Assembly: GCA_965206645.1 (NCBI GenBank)
Contig: CBDBKE010000003.1
Span: 1-64,000 of the forward strand
DNA from: Terriglobia bacterium
GTDB taxonomy: Bacteria > Acidobacteriota > Terriglobia > JAJPHL01 > JAPKYU01
DNA: 64,000 nucleotides
Direction of reading: 5' to 3'
Part shown: piece by piece, positions 29,007 to 39,324 of the stretch
How positions within the stretch are numbered: the first letter of the stretch is position 1
Layout of the letters: each line of letters begins with the position of its first letter
Program-made: the position numbers and the translations under genes
The notes under the pieces: generated by a model
Told to the model about the DNA's origin: nothing
The model's input: the letters and a program-made list of their open reading frames with translations, nothing else
Databases searched by the model: none

Positions 29007-29778
29007 GCAGTTCATGTTCATTCTCCTTGTCGAAAGGATCGGATCGCGGCGGGGATTGCCCCGCCGCTCTCTGATGCGCGTCGCACTAGGATTCTGCCTG
29101 AGGCTCTTCTGCCTGCTGAAGCTCGAAGATGCGTGAGTGGGCCTGATCGGCCACTTTGGCAAGCAGCAACAGGTCGTTGCGACTGAAGCTCTGTGTGCTC
29201 TTCCATTCATCGCCGTCCTTGTAGAGACGGGAGAAGGTAACATTGTGCCGCGTGCGGCCTTCGGTTTCGTTCGGCCAAATCGCAGCCTTGATGCGACCGA
29301 TGCGGACTTCAGAGATGGGTTTGGGGTTAGCCATGATGTGTTTCCTCCTGAAAGTTTAAGGGTTTGTGAGCGTTTCCGCTCACCCGCCAATGGCGGAAAC
29401 GGCCAAACCCTGACACGGGAGGAACAGCGCCGCCAAGCCAGTGACGGGCAGGGCCGACAAGGGCAAGAGGGAGTGACAGACGCCCACCAGGCGAGGGGAC
29501 CGTTCTGGCGCGAGACTTGCGTCGGAACAAACCGGAGCCAGCGAGGGCCAGCGGCAAATGGCGCAACCCCACATCCGTTTTCCTGTCGTAGGCGGCAAGC
29601 CTGCTTGGGGAATCGCAACCGGGACGGGGCACCTGGAACCGGACCGTTATCCCCCGGCGAATGGACCGCAGTGCGAAGGAAATTGCAGGATGGATTCTTG
29701 CCAAAGTGAACGGTGTGGGGCCACAAGCTTCATTACAGCAGGAAGCCTCGCCAGGGCAACACGCGCATCAACGGGGGA
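29007..29778. repeat. Dispersed module copy B
   Basis: Collinear with 3107-3880, with scattered substitutions. Confidence 0.9.
29086..29334 (-). CDS. Conserved 82-aa protein, copy B
   Basis: Differs from copy A at 4 residues (V/I, G/E, D/E, E/D). Confidence 0.7.
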   Translation of the reverse strand: MANPKPISEVRIGRIKAAIWPNETEGRTRHNVTFSRLYKDGDEWKSTQSFSRNDLLLLAKVADQAHSRIFELQQAEEPQAES

Positions 29779-29904
29779 CAGTTCCCGACGCTTCCGATCC
29801 TACTTTCTAGCTACGAATATACGAGCTTCGATCAAGTCTCGTAGCTCAGCGAGCTATATATGGTCTAAGGATATAATCCCTAAGTTCTTGGCAGCAGACT
29901 ACAG

Positions 29905-30012
29905 GGCTTTGTCAAGTTAAGGCAGAATCAGGCACAATTGGCGGATGAAATCACAATATCGAGGGCATCGCTTTCCAGCTGAAATCATCAGTCACGCCGT
30001 CTGGCTGTACCA
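29905..30012 (+). mobile_element. IS6-family left-end remnant
   Basis: GGCTTTGTCAAGTT end plus MKSQYRGHRFPAEIISHAVWLYH. Confidence 0.8.
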
Positions 30013-30275
30013 CTATGTGCGCCCTGTGGCTTCCATCCCGATGCGGGCCGGACCCGGAAGTGCTGCGTAAAACTTCTGTGCTTCACCTGCCTCGTGGTCC
30101 AGTCGGCGCTCGATGATCTCGCCGGTCTGGCAATCCATCATTGCCATCTGCTGAAAACGTGTGTGAAAATCGCATCCGATTAGGGGCATCGTTCAGCTCC
30201 TCCCTTCCAAGACTGGGTCGTTCCATCACGACCCAGTCTACTCGGTCTCAAGAAGCCAACGCCTTCATCTAATCA
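30013..30275 (-). mobile_element. IS110-family 5' remnant (DEDD recombinase N-terminus + non-coding end)
   Basis: 30189..30013 reads MPLIGCDFHTRFQQ...ARIGMEATG*. Upstream hairpin AGACTGGGTCG-N8-CGACCCAGTCT. Confidence 0.75.
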
Positions 30276-30555
30276 CTCACTAGGATTGGTACAATAGATC
30301 GGCCTGTTCACTTTCGCCTACCGGCGAAGGTGGTGTGCAGGGTTCAGCGCGAAAAGATGTCGTATTCGGGGCAGCGCGAGTGTATCCTGTGACCGTGCCA
30401 GGAACAAAATAGAAATCCTGCCTGAAAAACAGTATTTGTAAGATATAAAATACTTTTTCATGCGGCTCCGGATTTCTCCATTAACAGCTACAGCCCCAAA
30501 TCATTTGCTGATCTTGCTGCGAATTGTCGACGGTACTAAGGGTGAATAAGCCGGG

Positions 30556-31698
30556 ATGACGCTGCGGCTCATACATACGTCGGACTGGCAGATCGGGAAG
30601 GTGTTTCGGTTCGTCGATAACGCGACGATGGGGCTGCTACAGGAAGCGCGATTACGGGCGATCACCCGCCTTGGTGAGCTTGCCGGGGAGAAGGGTGCCC
30701 AGCACATACTGGTCGCCGGCGATGTCTATGACATGAAAGAATTGTCGCCGCGCTCGCTCAACCAGCCGCTTGAGCGCATGCGCAATTTTGCCGGCGTGCA
30801 CTGGCACCTGATGCCGGGAAATCACGATCACTACCGTCCGAACGGGCTTTGGGATCAGCTTCGCCGCAAGGGCCTGCCCGCCAATGTGCATGTTCATACC
30901 GCGCTAGAGCCGGCACTCTTTGAGGACGAGTCGTTCGCGCTATTACCGGCGCCACTGCATCATCGGCGCATGCTGAATGATCCGACCGTTTATATGGATG
31001 AGGCGGACCTGCCTGACGGTCTTATGCGCGTAGGGCTTGCCCACGGCACCGTCACCGGCTTCGGGTCCGACGACAAGGATGTTCCGAACTATATCGCCCC
31101 AGACCGTCCCGCGCGGGCCGGCCTGTCATATCTCGCCCTTGGCGACTGGCACGGCCAGAAGAAGATCAACGACCGCTGCTGGTACAGCGGCACGCCGGAA
31201 ACAGACGCCTTCGACGTGATCGACGGCGGTCAAGCCCTTTTCGTGGAAATCGAGGGACCGGGAGCGGCGCCGGCGGTGACGCCGCTGGCGACCGGCCACT
31301 ATACGTGGGACCGTCATTCGGAGCAGGTTGGCGGTCGGTTCGATATCGACCATCTTGCTGAAAAGCTGCGGGGCATGGCGGACGATCTTGACCGCGTGCT
31401 GATTCATCTGGCGGTCGAGGGCGCGCTGTCCCTGGAGGACCGCCAGTATTTCCAAGATGAGATTGTTGATGGTGTTTCAGCGGCGTTCTGTTTCATGCGT
31501 GTTGATGACCGGCGCCTGTTCCCGCGCCCCACACCCGAAGACCTTGATCAGATTGATCGTGGTGGTTTTGTGCGCACAGCCGCTGACGAACTCAAACGAT
31601 TAACCGAAGAAGGCGGTGATGCCGAGCGCGACATCGCCGCCGAAGCCCTGCAGCGGCTTTATATCGAGCATATGAAGCTACAGGCGGGGCAGCGATGA
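30556..31698 (+). CDS. Mre11/SbcD-family metallophosphoesterase nuclease
   Basis: HTSDWQIG, AGDVYD, PGNHD, LAHG, LALGDWHG, YSGTPE. Confidence 0.92.
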   Translation: MTLRLIHTSDWQIGKVFRFVDNATMGLLQEARLRAITRLGELAGEKGAQHILVAGDVYDMKELSPRSLNQPLERMRNFAGVHWHLMPGNHDHYRPNGLWDQLRRKGLPANVHVHTALEPALFEDESFALLPAPLHHRRMLNDPTVYMDEADLPDGLMRVGLAHGTVTGFGSDDKDVPNYIAPDRPARAGLSYLALGDWHGQKKINDRCWYSGTPETDAFDVIDGGQALFVEIEGPGAAPAVTPLATGHYTWDRHSEQVGGRFDIDHLAEKLRGMADDLDRVLIHLAVEGALSLEDRQYFQDEIVDGVSAAFCFMRVDDRRLFPRPTPEDLDQIDRGGFVRTAADELKRLTEEGGDAERDIAAEALQRLYIEHMKLQAGQR

Positions 31699-34403
31699 AA
31701 CTGCGATCCCTTGCCGTCAACCAGTTCAAGAAATTCACGGTGCCGATGCGGCTCGACGACATCGAGAACGGCCTGAATGTCGTGGTCGGCCCCAATGAGA
31801 TGGGCAAATCAACCCTTCTCGATGCCCTGCGCGCGGCCCTCTTCGAAAAATACAGCTCAAAGGCCCAGCCCATCGTCGCCTTACAGAATGATCGCAACCA
31901 GGCCGGGCCGGTTGTCGAACTAGCATTCGAGCTTGATGACGGCGTGTATCGGGTGACTAAGAGGTTTGTAAAAAAGCCCTATGCCCACCTGTCATGTCCG
32001 GACGGGCGCACGCTTGAAGGTGATACTGCCGAAGACACGCTGCGGAGTCTTCTCGGCTTTGACGAACCGGGCAAGACCGGTGCAAAGGCGGAAACGCTCG
32101 GCATGTGGAATGTCCTCTGGGTACAGCAGGGGCAGTCCTTCGGCGCGCTCGATCTTCCCGAAAGTGCCCGATCGAACCTGCACAGCGCCCTGGAATCCGA
32201 AGTCGGCACCGTCCTCGGTGGCCGCCGCGGGCGTGCTTTGCCGCAGGTGATCGAGAAACAGCTTGGCGAACTGGTCACAAGCAACAGCAAGCCGCGAGGC
32301 GCATACAAGGACCTCATTGAGAAAACGGACGCTTTGCAGAGCGAGCTTGAGGGCCTGAGCACGCGGCGGCACGAACTTGCCAAAACGCTTGATGACCTTG
32401 AAGAAGCGCAGGAAAAGCTGGCACGCTTGTCCGCCGGCGACCGCGACCAGGCCGACCAGACGGAACTGACCGAAGCGCGCAAAAGGCACGCACAACTGAC
32501 CGAGCTAGAAGCGCGCATCGCAGCCGCCGCCAGTGACCTGGAACTGAAAAAACGTAATCTTGAGCAAGCCAACAATGCACAAACGGAACGTGCTGGCCTT
32601 AAGGAAACTATTACTGCGGAAGAAAAGGCCGTTGAACAAGCCGGGCAGCGGCTGAAAAACGTACGCCAGCATGAAAAGGACGCCCGGTCGCAACTTGATG
32701 CGTTGCGCGCCGGTGTGCGTGAAACCGAGGCGGCAGTCACCCAAGCTGACGGTGTCGTTTCACGGCAGCGCCGCACACTGGCCGCCGTGGAACGGCAGGC
32801 GCGGATTCGCGAGTTGGAGAGCCGCTGCGGTAAAGCGCAGGCCGCTGAAAAACGTCAACACGAGGTCCAGCAGGGCGCCGCCGCCATCCTGGTTACGGAC
32901 GAGGTAATTGAAGCGATACGCGGTGCGGCCAAGGGGCTGGAGACTGTTGAAAGCCGCCTTAACGCCGCCGCTACCCGCATCGTTTTTGATATGACCCCGG
33001 AGGCTCTGTCCGGCATCGAAATTGACGGTCAGGCGTTGTCGGCCGAGCAGCCTTCGGTTCAGGCCGTCGAGCCGGTAACAATCGCGATCCCCGATCACGG
33101 CCGAATCACGATTGAGCCGGCCATCAAGGACCGGGACAAGTTACTTGGTCAGCAGCGGGACACTAAGGCCACGCTGAAGGACGCGTTGCAGGCGGGTGGC
33201 ATCAAGACCGTCAATGATGCTGAAGATCAGTACACCCGGCGTCAGAAGCTCCTGCAGGCGGCGGAGCTTGCCCGGCAGGAGGCAGAACTGCACGCCCCGG
33301 CCACAGACGATCATGACGCCGGAGCGCAGGCGCTTTCCGACTATATCGAGGGTTTTCGAAAAATCCTGACCCGCGAGATGGCCGACCTCGACGCGGAGAA
33401 ATTGCCCGAACACGCGGAAGCCGAAGCAGAATTCCGGGCCGCTGTGGAGCACTCCGAAGAGGCACGGCGTGCTGTGGTCACGGCACGGGCCGCACTTGCC
33501 GGCCCGGAGAAGACTTTGAGCCATTTCCAAACCGAACGTGTCACCGTCAAAGTGCGGTATGACGACGGCAAGGAGCGACTTGAAAGGCTCCGGCGTCAGC
33601 TCGCGGACGCGGAACAGGAGCTTTCTGACGATCAGCTTCAGGCAAGAATAGATGCCGCCCAGGCCGAATTGTCAGAGCAGGAAACCGCCGTCGCAGGACT
33701 TGAGGCGCAACGCACAGACGAAACGATCCCGCAGTTGGAGGCTCGCACTACGCGTCTTGACAGGGCTATACAGGACAGGCGGGACAAGCCCGGCAATCTC
33801 AAGGAGAAGATTGCCGGGCTCCGGTCGCATGTCGAAGCGCTGGAAGGTGCCGGGCTTGACGAAGCCATTCAGCAAAAGGCGCGTGAGCTAGAATTCTGCG
33901 AGGAAGAACGTCGCCGCACTGCGCGCGAGGTGCAGGTTCTCAGTCTCTTGCTGTCAACGCTGCGTGCTGCCGAGCAGGATGCCAAGGAACGCTATTTGTC
34001 GCCGGTGATTAATCGCGTCCGGCCTTATTTGCAGCTCCTGTTTCCCGGTGCCGAAATCACGATCGACGAGAATCTGCACATCGTCGGCGTGGTCAGAGAA
34101 GCAGGCTACGAGGAAGCCTTTCATCATTTGAGCATGGGAACCCAGGAACAGATCGCCGTTCTGATCCGGCTCGCGTTTGCGGAGATGCTGGTCGAACAGG
34201 GGCATCCGGCAACCGTCATTCTTGATGATGCGCTTGTGTTCTCCGATGACCGGCGGGTGAGCCGCATGTTCGACATCCTCAATATGGCTGCGCGGAACGT
34301 CCAGGTGATCATCTTTACGTGCCGGGAGCGACTGTTCGAGGAACTTGGCGGTAGGCAATTGTCGTTGCTGCCCGGAAGCAGTGAAGAGCTGGTATCGGCA
34401 TGA
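31695..34403 (+). CDS. Rad50/SbcC-like (YhaN-type) coiled-coil ATPase
   Basis: GPNEMGKST, long coiled coil, LSMGTQEQ signature, ILDDALVFSD. Confidence 0.9.
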   Translation: MKLRSLAVNQFKKFTVPMRLDDIENGLNVVVGPNEMGKSTLLDALRAALFEKYSSKAQPIVALQNDRNQAGPVVELAFELDDGVYRVTKRFVKKPYAHLSCPDGRTLEGDTAEDTLRSLLGFDEPGKTGAKAETLGMWNVLWVQQGQSFGALDLPESARSNLHSALESEVGTVLGGRRGRALPQVIEKQLGELVTSNSKPRGAYKDLIEKTDALQSELEGLSTRRHELAKTLDDLEEAQEKLARLSAGDRDQADQTELTEARKRHAQLTELEARIAAAASDLELKKRNLEQANNAQTERAGLKETITAEEKAVEQAGQRLKNVRQHEKDARSQLDALRAGVRETEAAVTQADGVVSRQRRTLAAVERQARIRELESRCGKAQAAEKRQHEVQQGAAAILVTDEVIEAIRGAAKGLETVESRLNAAATRIVFDMTPEALSGIEIDGQALSAEQPSVQAVEPVTIAIPDHGRITIEPAIKDRDKLLGQQRDTKATLKDALQAGGIKTVNDAEDQYTRRQKLLQAAELARQEAELHAPATDDHDAGAQALSDYIEGFRKILTREMADLDAEKLPEHAEAEAEFRAAVEHSEEARRAVVTARAALAGPEKTLSHFQTERVTVKVRYDDGKERLERLRRQLADAEQELSDDQLQARIDAAQAELSEQETAVAGLEAQRTDETIPQLEARTTRLDRAIQDRRDKPGNLKEKIAGLRSHVEALEGAGLDEAIQQKARELEFCEEERRRTAREVQVLSLLLSTLRAAEQDAKERYLSPVINRVRPYLQLLFPGAEITIDENLHIVGVVREAGYEEAFHHLSMGTQEQIAVLIRLAFAEMLVEQGHPATVILDDALVFSDDRRVSRMFDILNMAARNVQVIIFTCRERLFEELGGRQLSLLPGSSEELVSA

Positions 34404-34422
34404 ATTGAGCAGGGGAGCCGTT

Positions 34423-36364
34423 ATGAGAATATCGTCTGTTCGCATTGAGAACTTCAGATCATTTAAGGACGAAACGCTGCCGCTGAACAACTATGCGTGC
34501 CTGGTTGGCTCGAACGGTGCTGGCAAATCGACGGTACTTACAGCCCTCAACGTCTTTTTTCGGGAGTCCGAGAATCTACCTACCGATCTGAGCCAGTTGG
34601 ACCAGGAGGATTTTCACTGCAAGCACACCGACAAGCCGATCCAGATTACCGTCACATTCACTGACCTTGATGACGAGGCCCAGGAAGACTTTTCTGACTA
34701 TGTGCGGCAGGGTCAGCTTGTTGTCTCTGCTGTTGCCACGTTCGACGGTGCCACGGGGAAGGCACAGGTCAAACAATACGGACAGCGCATCGGCATGCGC
34801 GCGTTTGCGCCATTCTTCGAAGCGGCGGATGCGGGCAAGAAGGTATTGGAGTTGAAGGAGATTTATGCCGGCCTTCGCGAAACCTGCCCAGACCTTTCGG
34901 CGCCCGGCACCAAAGACGCCATGATCCATGGCTTTGCACGATTTCGAAGCAGCGCGGCCGGGCGAATGCGAGCTTATCCCTAGCGAGGATCAGTTCTACG
35001 GTTTCTCTAAAGGCGCCAATCGGCTCGCCAAGCATATCCAGTGGGTATACGTCCCGGCGGTGAAAGATGCGACATCCGAGCAAGTCGAAGCGCGGAACTC
35101 GGCTCTCGGCAGACTTCTCGCCCGCACCGTCCGTTCAAAGACCAATTTTGATGAGACGGTGAAGGCCTTGCGAGCGGAGATGCAGCAGCAATATCAGGCT
35201 CTTCTCGATGGCAACCAGCACGTCCTTGATGATATCTCCTCGGCTCTTCAGATGCGGATTTCAGAATGGGCGCATCCCGATGCGCGATTGCGCTTGCAGT
35301 GGAAGCAGGACCCCGACAAATCCGTGCGCGTTGAAGAGCCATGGGCTCACATTCTTGCAGGTGAAGGCGATTTCGAAGGGGAACTCGCACGCTTCGGCCA
35401 CGGGCTTCAGCGGTCATACCTTCTTGCCCTGCTACAGGAACTTGCAGGCACGGATGCTGCAGGAGGCCCCACACTGATACTCGCCTGCGAGGAACCAGAA
35501 CTTTATCAGCACCCGCCGCAGGCGCGTCACCTCGCCGCCGTATTAAATAAACTCAGCCGTAGCAACTCGCAGGTCATCGTCTCCACCCACGACCCATTGT
35601 TCGTATCTGGTGAAGGTTTTGAAGACGTGCGGATGGTACGCAAAGACGCCGGTAGCCCATGTTCGTCGGTTTCCCACATGTCTTTTTCTGAGATCGCGCA
35701 ATCTGTTGCAGCGGCTACCGGCGAACAGCCTGTCAAGCCAAAAGGCGCTCTTGCGAAGGTCCATCAAGCCTTGCAGCCGGCTCTTAATGAGATGTTTTTT
35801 ACCCGCCGGCTTGTTCTGGTCGAAGGTCGAGAGGATGTAGCCTATATTCTTGCGTACCTCAATCTACTCGAAAAGTCAGAAGAATATCGCCGCATGGGTT
35901 GTCATATCGTCGCTGCGAACGGAAAGAGCGAGCTGTTGCAGCCATTGGTCATTGCGAAGCATATGAGAATACCGACTTATCTCGTCTTTGATGCTGATGC
36001 GGACAAGCCCGATAAGTATGGCAGGAGAGCCGAGCATGAAAAAGACAACAAGGCGATTCTGACGCTCGTCAACAAGCCGAACGAAGAGCCGATGCCGACT
36101 CAAACAATCTGGGGCGATGGCTTCACCATCTGGCATGCCGATATTGGTGCCGTTGTCGAAGCGGAGATTGGGAAGGAGGACTGGGAAACATTTCGTGCCG
36201 AGGCCGATAAGCGTTACGGGCATGCGGGCGGACTCAGGAAGAATTCTCTACATATTGGTGCGAGCCTCGCTTTTGCATGGGAGGCGGACAAGCGTTCGGA
36301 CAGCCTCGAACAGCTTTGTACCGCTATTTTGTCCTCGGGTAACAATGTGCCCTGGGGGCAGTAA
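34423..36364 (+). pseudogene. OLD-family ATP-dependent nuclease (ABC ATPase + Toprim), frameshifted near 34928
   Basis: IENFRSF and GSNGAGKST, then in the second frame GHGLQR, EEPELYQHP, STH, VLVEGRED and FDAD. Confidence 0.85.
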
Positions 36365-36464
36365 AGAATGCTGGTTAACCGATGAGTGACTCCCCGACAT
36401 TGGAGAATATCGATCCGAAATCGGCTTCGGCAGCGCCGACCGCCGCTCAGGTTTCGGGTGGAAT

Positions 36465-36789
36465 CCCGGGATCAATGGTTGTCGGCTGGCGGTTTGTTGA
36501 CGACAACCGACTATGTGATCGACGAAACTCTGACTACCCTCCGCTTCCGCCTCGGTCTTGATGCCGCTGAAGCGTGGTGGCTTCAAATCGATGGCTCAAC
36601 TCGACTGCGCATTGAGTCCATTGACGAAGCGCGAGGAGAACGGGCAAGGTCGCTCTTTTTCCGCTATCGCGACAAGGAATTTTCATTTACCGACTGCTGT
36701 AGCTTTGTTTTCATGCAAGAACTGCGAATTCTCCGGGTATTGACATTGACCATCACTTCCGGCAGATGGGCTTTGAGGTTGTTCCGTAA
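36465..36789 (+). pseudogene. PIN-domain VapC toxin remnant
   Basis: TTDYVIDETLT...FSFTDCCSFVFM, then a frameshift to DHHFRQMGFEVVP*. The N-terminus is missing. Confidence 0.8.
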
Positions 36790-36821
36790 AGTTCGCGGGG
36801 TTGTTCTCTGCTGCCTAGCCT

Positions 36822-37495
36822 TGGCCTGACCGGCCCTTTTTGTACCAGCTGAAGTGAGAGAGAATCTCACGAAGGAGGAAGCTGGAGATGCCGATCAGGA
36901 AGTACAAGGCGGAACAGATTGTAACCGTGCTGCGGCAGATCGAAGTGCAGATGGCAAATGGGAAGACCGCGCCGCAGGCGTGCAAGGAAGCTGGCATCCA
37001 CACCCAGACCTGTTACCGCTGGCGGAAGGAATACGGCGGACTCAAGCTAGACCAAGCGAAGCGGCTGAAGGAACTCGAGAAAGAGAACTCTCGGCTCAAG
37101 CGGTTGGTGGCCGAGCTTTCCCTGGAGAAGCAGGTTTTGCGGGATGTGGCGCAGGGAAACTTGTAAGCCCTGAGCGGCGACGTTGTGCGGTGGAGCGGGC
37201 ACGGGGGAAGTATGGCCTGTCGGAACGGCATGCCTGCCGGCTGCTGGGGCAATGGCGAGGGACACAACGATACGAGCCGAATCCTGTGCTGGACGAAGAT
37301 GGCCTCACCCGAGCGATCGTTGCCCTGGCGACGCAGTACGGGCGCTACGGCTACCGGAGGATCGCGGCCCTGCTGCGGGGTGCAGGCTGGCCAGTGGGCA
37401 AGGATCGGGTGCAGCGGATCTGGCGGCGGGAGGGGCTGAAAGTGCCGCAAAAGCAAAGACCCCGGGGATGGTTGTGGTTGAACGCGGTCCGGTCA
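36822..37495 (+). mobile_element. Internally deleted IS3-family element
   Basis: TGGCCTGACCGG left end, orfA 36888..37166, GGGAAAC slippery site and partial orfB joined to CGGTCCGGTCA. 4-bp TSD GCCT on both sides. Confidence 0.88.
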
Positions 37496-37536
37496 GCCTG
37501 GCCGTAGATTCAAAAAGAAGAGAAGGATGGAGAGGA

Positions 37537-38997
37537 ATGTTCAAATTCAATCTGTTTGCGGCCATGCTATGTCTGTTAACCCTAAACTTGATGGCGCAAA
37601 CCGTGCCGCGGCCCGCAGGTCCCTACTTCGAGCCACTCCTGGATTGGCAATACAGAGCAGGAATATCGAAGCGCGACATCGTGATCGCCCCCGGCGACAG
37701 CATCATTCCCCAGATTGCAAACAGTGGGACCCCGCAAAACGGGGGATTCTTTATGATCTTCCAGGCCAGTAATGTCTCGACGACCGTGGCGACGTTCCAA
37801 GTGGACTTCTTCGACCCGAACGGGGAATCCATGAACATGCCACTCGCAACAAGTCCCGATGACCTGACTGGCACACCTGCCCGTGGATTTCAGGGGGCCC
37901 TCTCCCCGGGCGGTTACGGTGCGCAAGTTACGATTCCAGACGGCTCTCCCACGGCCATTGGTTATGCCGTGGTGACCATGAATCCGGCCAAATCGGTTGC
38001 AGTCAACGCGACGTTCTTGCAGTTAGTTCCAGGGCGCCCGCTGTTTATGGCCGGCGTGCCACTGTCGAACGTCCTTCACAAGACGGCATTCATGCCGTAC
38101 CTATCAGGGGCTGGGTTCACTCCCACCCTGGCTTTGGTGTCGCTGCAGTCTCAGGATGTGACACTGATTGCGCGCACCGGCTTTGACGGAGCCGAACTCT
38201 GTAGAGCCACAATGGACTTCGGTGCTGGGCATCACCGAGCGTTCCTGTTAAGGGACGTTCTTTCCTGTACGTCTACGTCGGAGGGAACGCTTGAAATTCG
38301 CGGAGATCCTCTGTTGCCTGGCTCCATAACAGGGATTGGCTTTGAAGCGCATGACGAAGGAGCGTTTGTGACCCAGCCGATCTGGACGAGCTTGGCGCGA
38401 GTTACGGGCGAGATGTTCGCTCCGGCAGACGAAGCTGCGTTCAACGATCTCTTCGTTGGCAAACGGGGATCGACGAACTACCCGACAGCATATGTGGATT
38501 TTGTCAGTCCTGGGCGTTTCAGGGAAACCGAGGGCGCGGACACCTATACAGGAAGCTATACCTATCGGAACACGGGTCCGAATACGGGAACGTTAACGTT
38601 TAACTACGATGACGGCGATCGCTGTACGGCCAGCCTTACGTTTGATTCGACGACCTCGGGCACCGCAACCTCCACGTGCGACGACGGATCGAGCGTAGAA
38701 TACGACTGGCGGTTGATTGATATTCCCACCGGCGGAGACGATACAGCCGAAACACGGTACAACGTGGGTGACGTGATCACCACCTTGCCCACCGGAACCT
38801 GGTTTCCTGACCGGCTCAGCGGCAGCGTCGGGTTCAGGTTCGTAGACGGCAAGGCGGACATCCGCTTCGGCAACGGCGGGCTTATCGAAGAGAATGGCTA
38901 CAGATACATGTGCGAGAATGCCGGAGGTTGCCACGTCAATGACCGGGAGGTAAAAGCCAGGACGATTGTGGAAACCTCAACAGAGAACAACAACTGA
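37537..38997 (+). CDS. Hypothetical secreted beta-rich multidomain protein
   Basis: RBS GGAGAGG and signal peptide MFKFNLFAAMLCLLTLNLMAQ. The longer track ORF borrows IS sequence. Confidence 0.75.
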   Translation: MFKFNLFAAMLCLLTLNLMAQTVPRPAGPYFEPLLDWQYRAGISKRDIVIAPGDSIIPQIANSGTPQNGGFFMIFQASNVSTTVATFQVDFFDPNGESMNMPLATSPDDLTGTPARGFQGALSPGGYGAQVTIPDGSPTAIGYAVVTMNPAKSVAVNATFLQLVPGRPLFMAGVPLSNVLHKTAFMPYLSGAGFTPTLALVSLQSQDVTLIARTGFDGAELCRATMDFGAGHHRAFLLRDVLSCTSTSEGTLEIRGDPLLPGSITGIGFEAHDEGAFVTQPIWTSLARVTGEMFAPADEAAFNDLFVGKRGSTNYPTAYVDFVSPGRFRETEGADTYTGSYTYRNTGPNTGTLTFNYDDGDRCTASLTFDSTTSGTATSTCDDGSSVEYDWRLIDIPTGGDDTAETRYNVGDVITTLPTGTWFPDRLSGSVGFRFVDGKADIRFGNGGLIEENGYRYMCENAGGCHVNDREVKARTIVETSTENNN

Positions 38998-39324
38998 CAG
39001 GCTCTATGTGCTCGATTCGCAGCACAAGGTCCACACGTATTGGACCTTAGGACAGCGCGATCCGGCTTTTGACTTCGACCTGGACGCCGAGATTGTACTT
39101 GCTGACGGGCTCAATCCTACTACTTTCTTCTCCGGGGACTAGAGTTTTAGAGTGGAGGTCCCCGAGGGGGCGGCAGCGCTCAGCGCCAATCTGGACGAAC
39201 ATGGCGCGAGTTCTAGAGTAGCGCATCGCCTTTTTGTGACGAAACGTGGCCTTGTCTGGCAATTCCGGCGATGTAGGGTGCCGCCCGGATTGCTGCAACA
39301 ATATCTTTTCAGGACGATGAGCCT

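Noticed and set aside
37183-37536. N-terminal extension of the secreted protein (604-aa ORF)
   Set aside because: It lies in IS3 sequence in a non-transposase frame. The RBS and signal peptide are at 37537.
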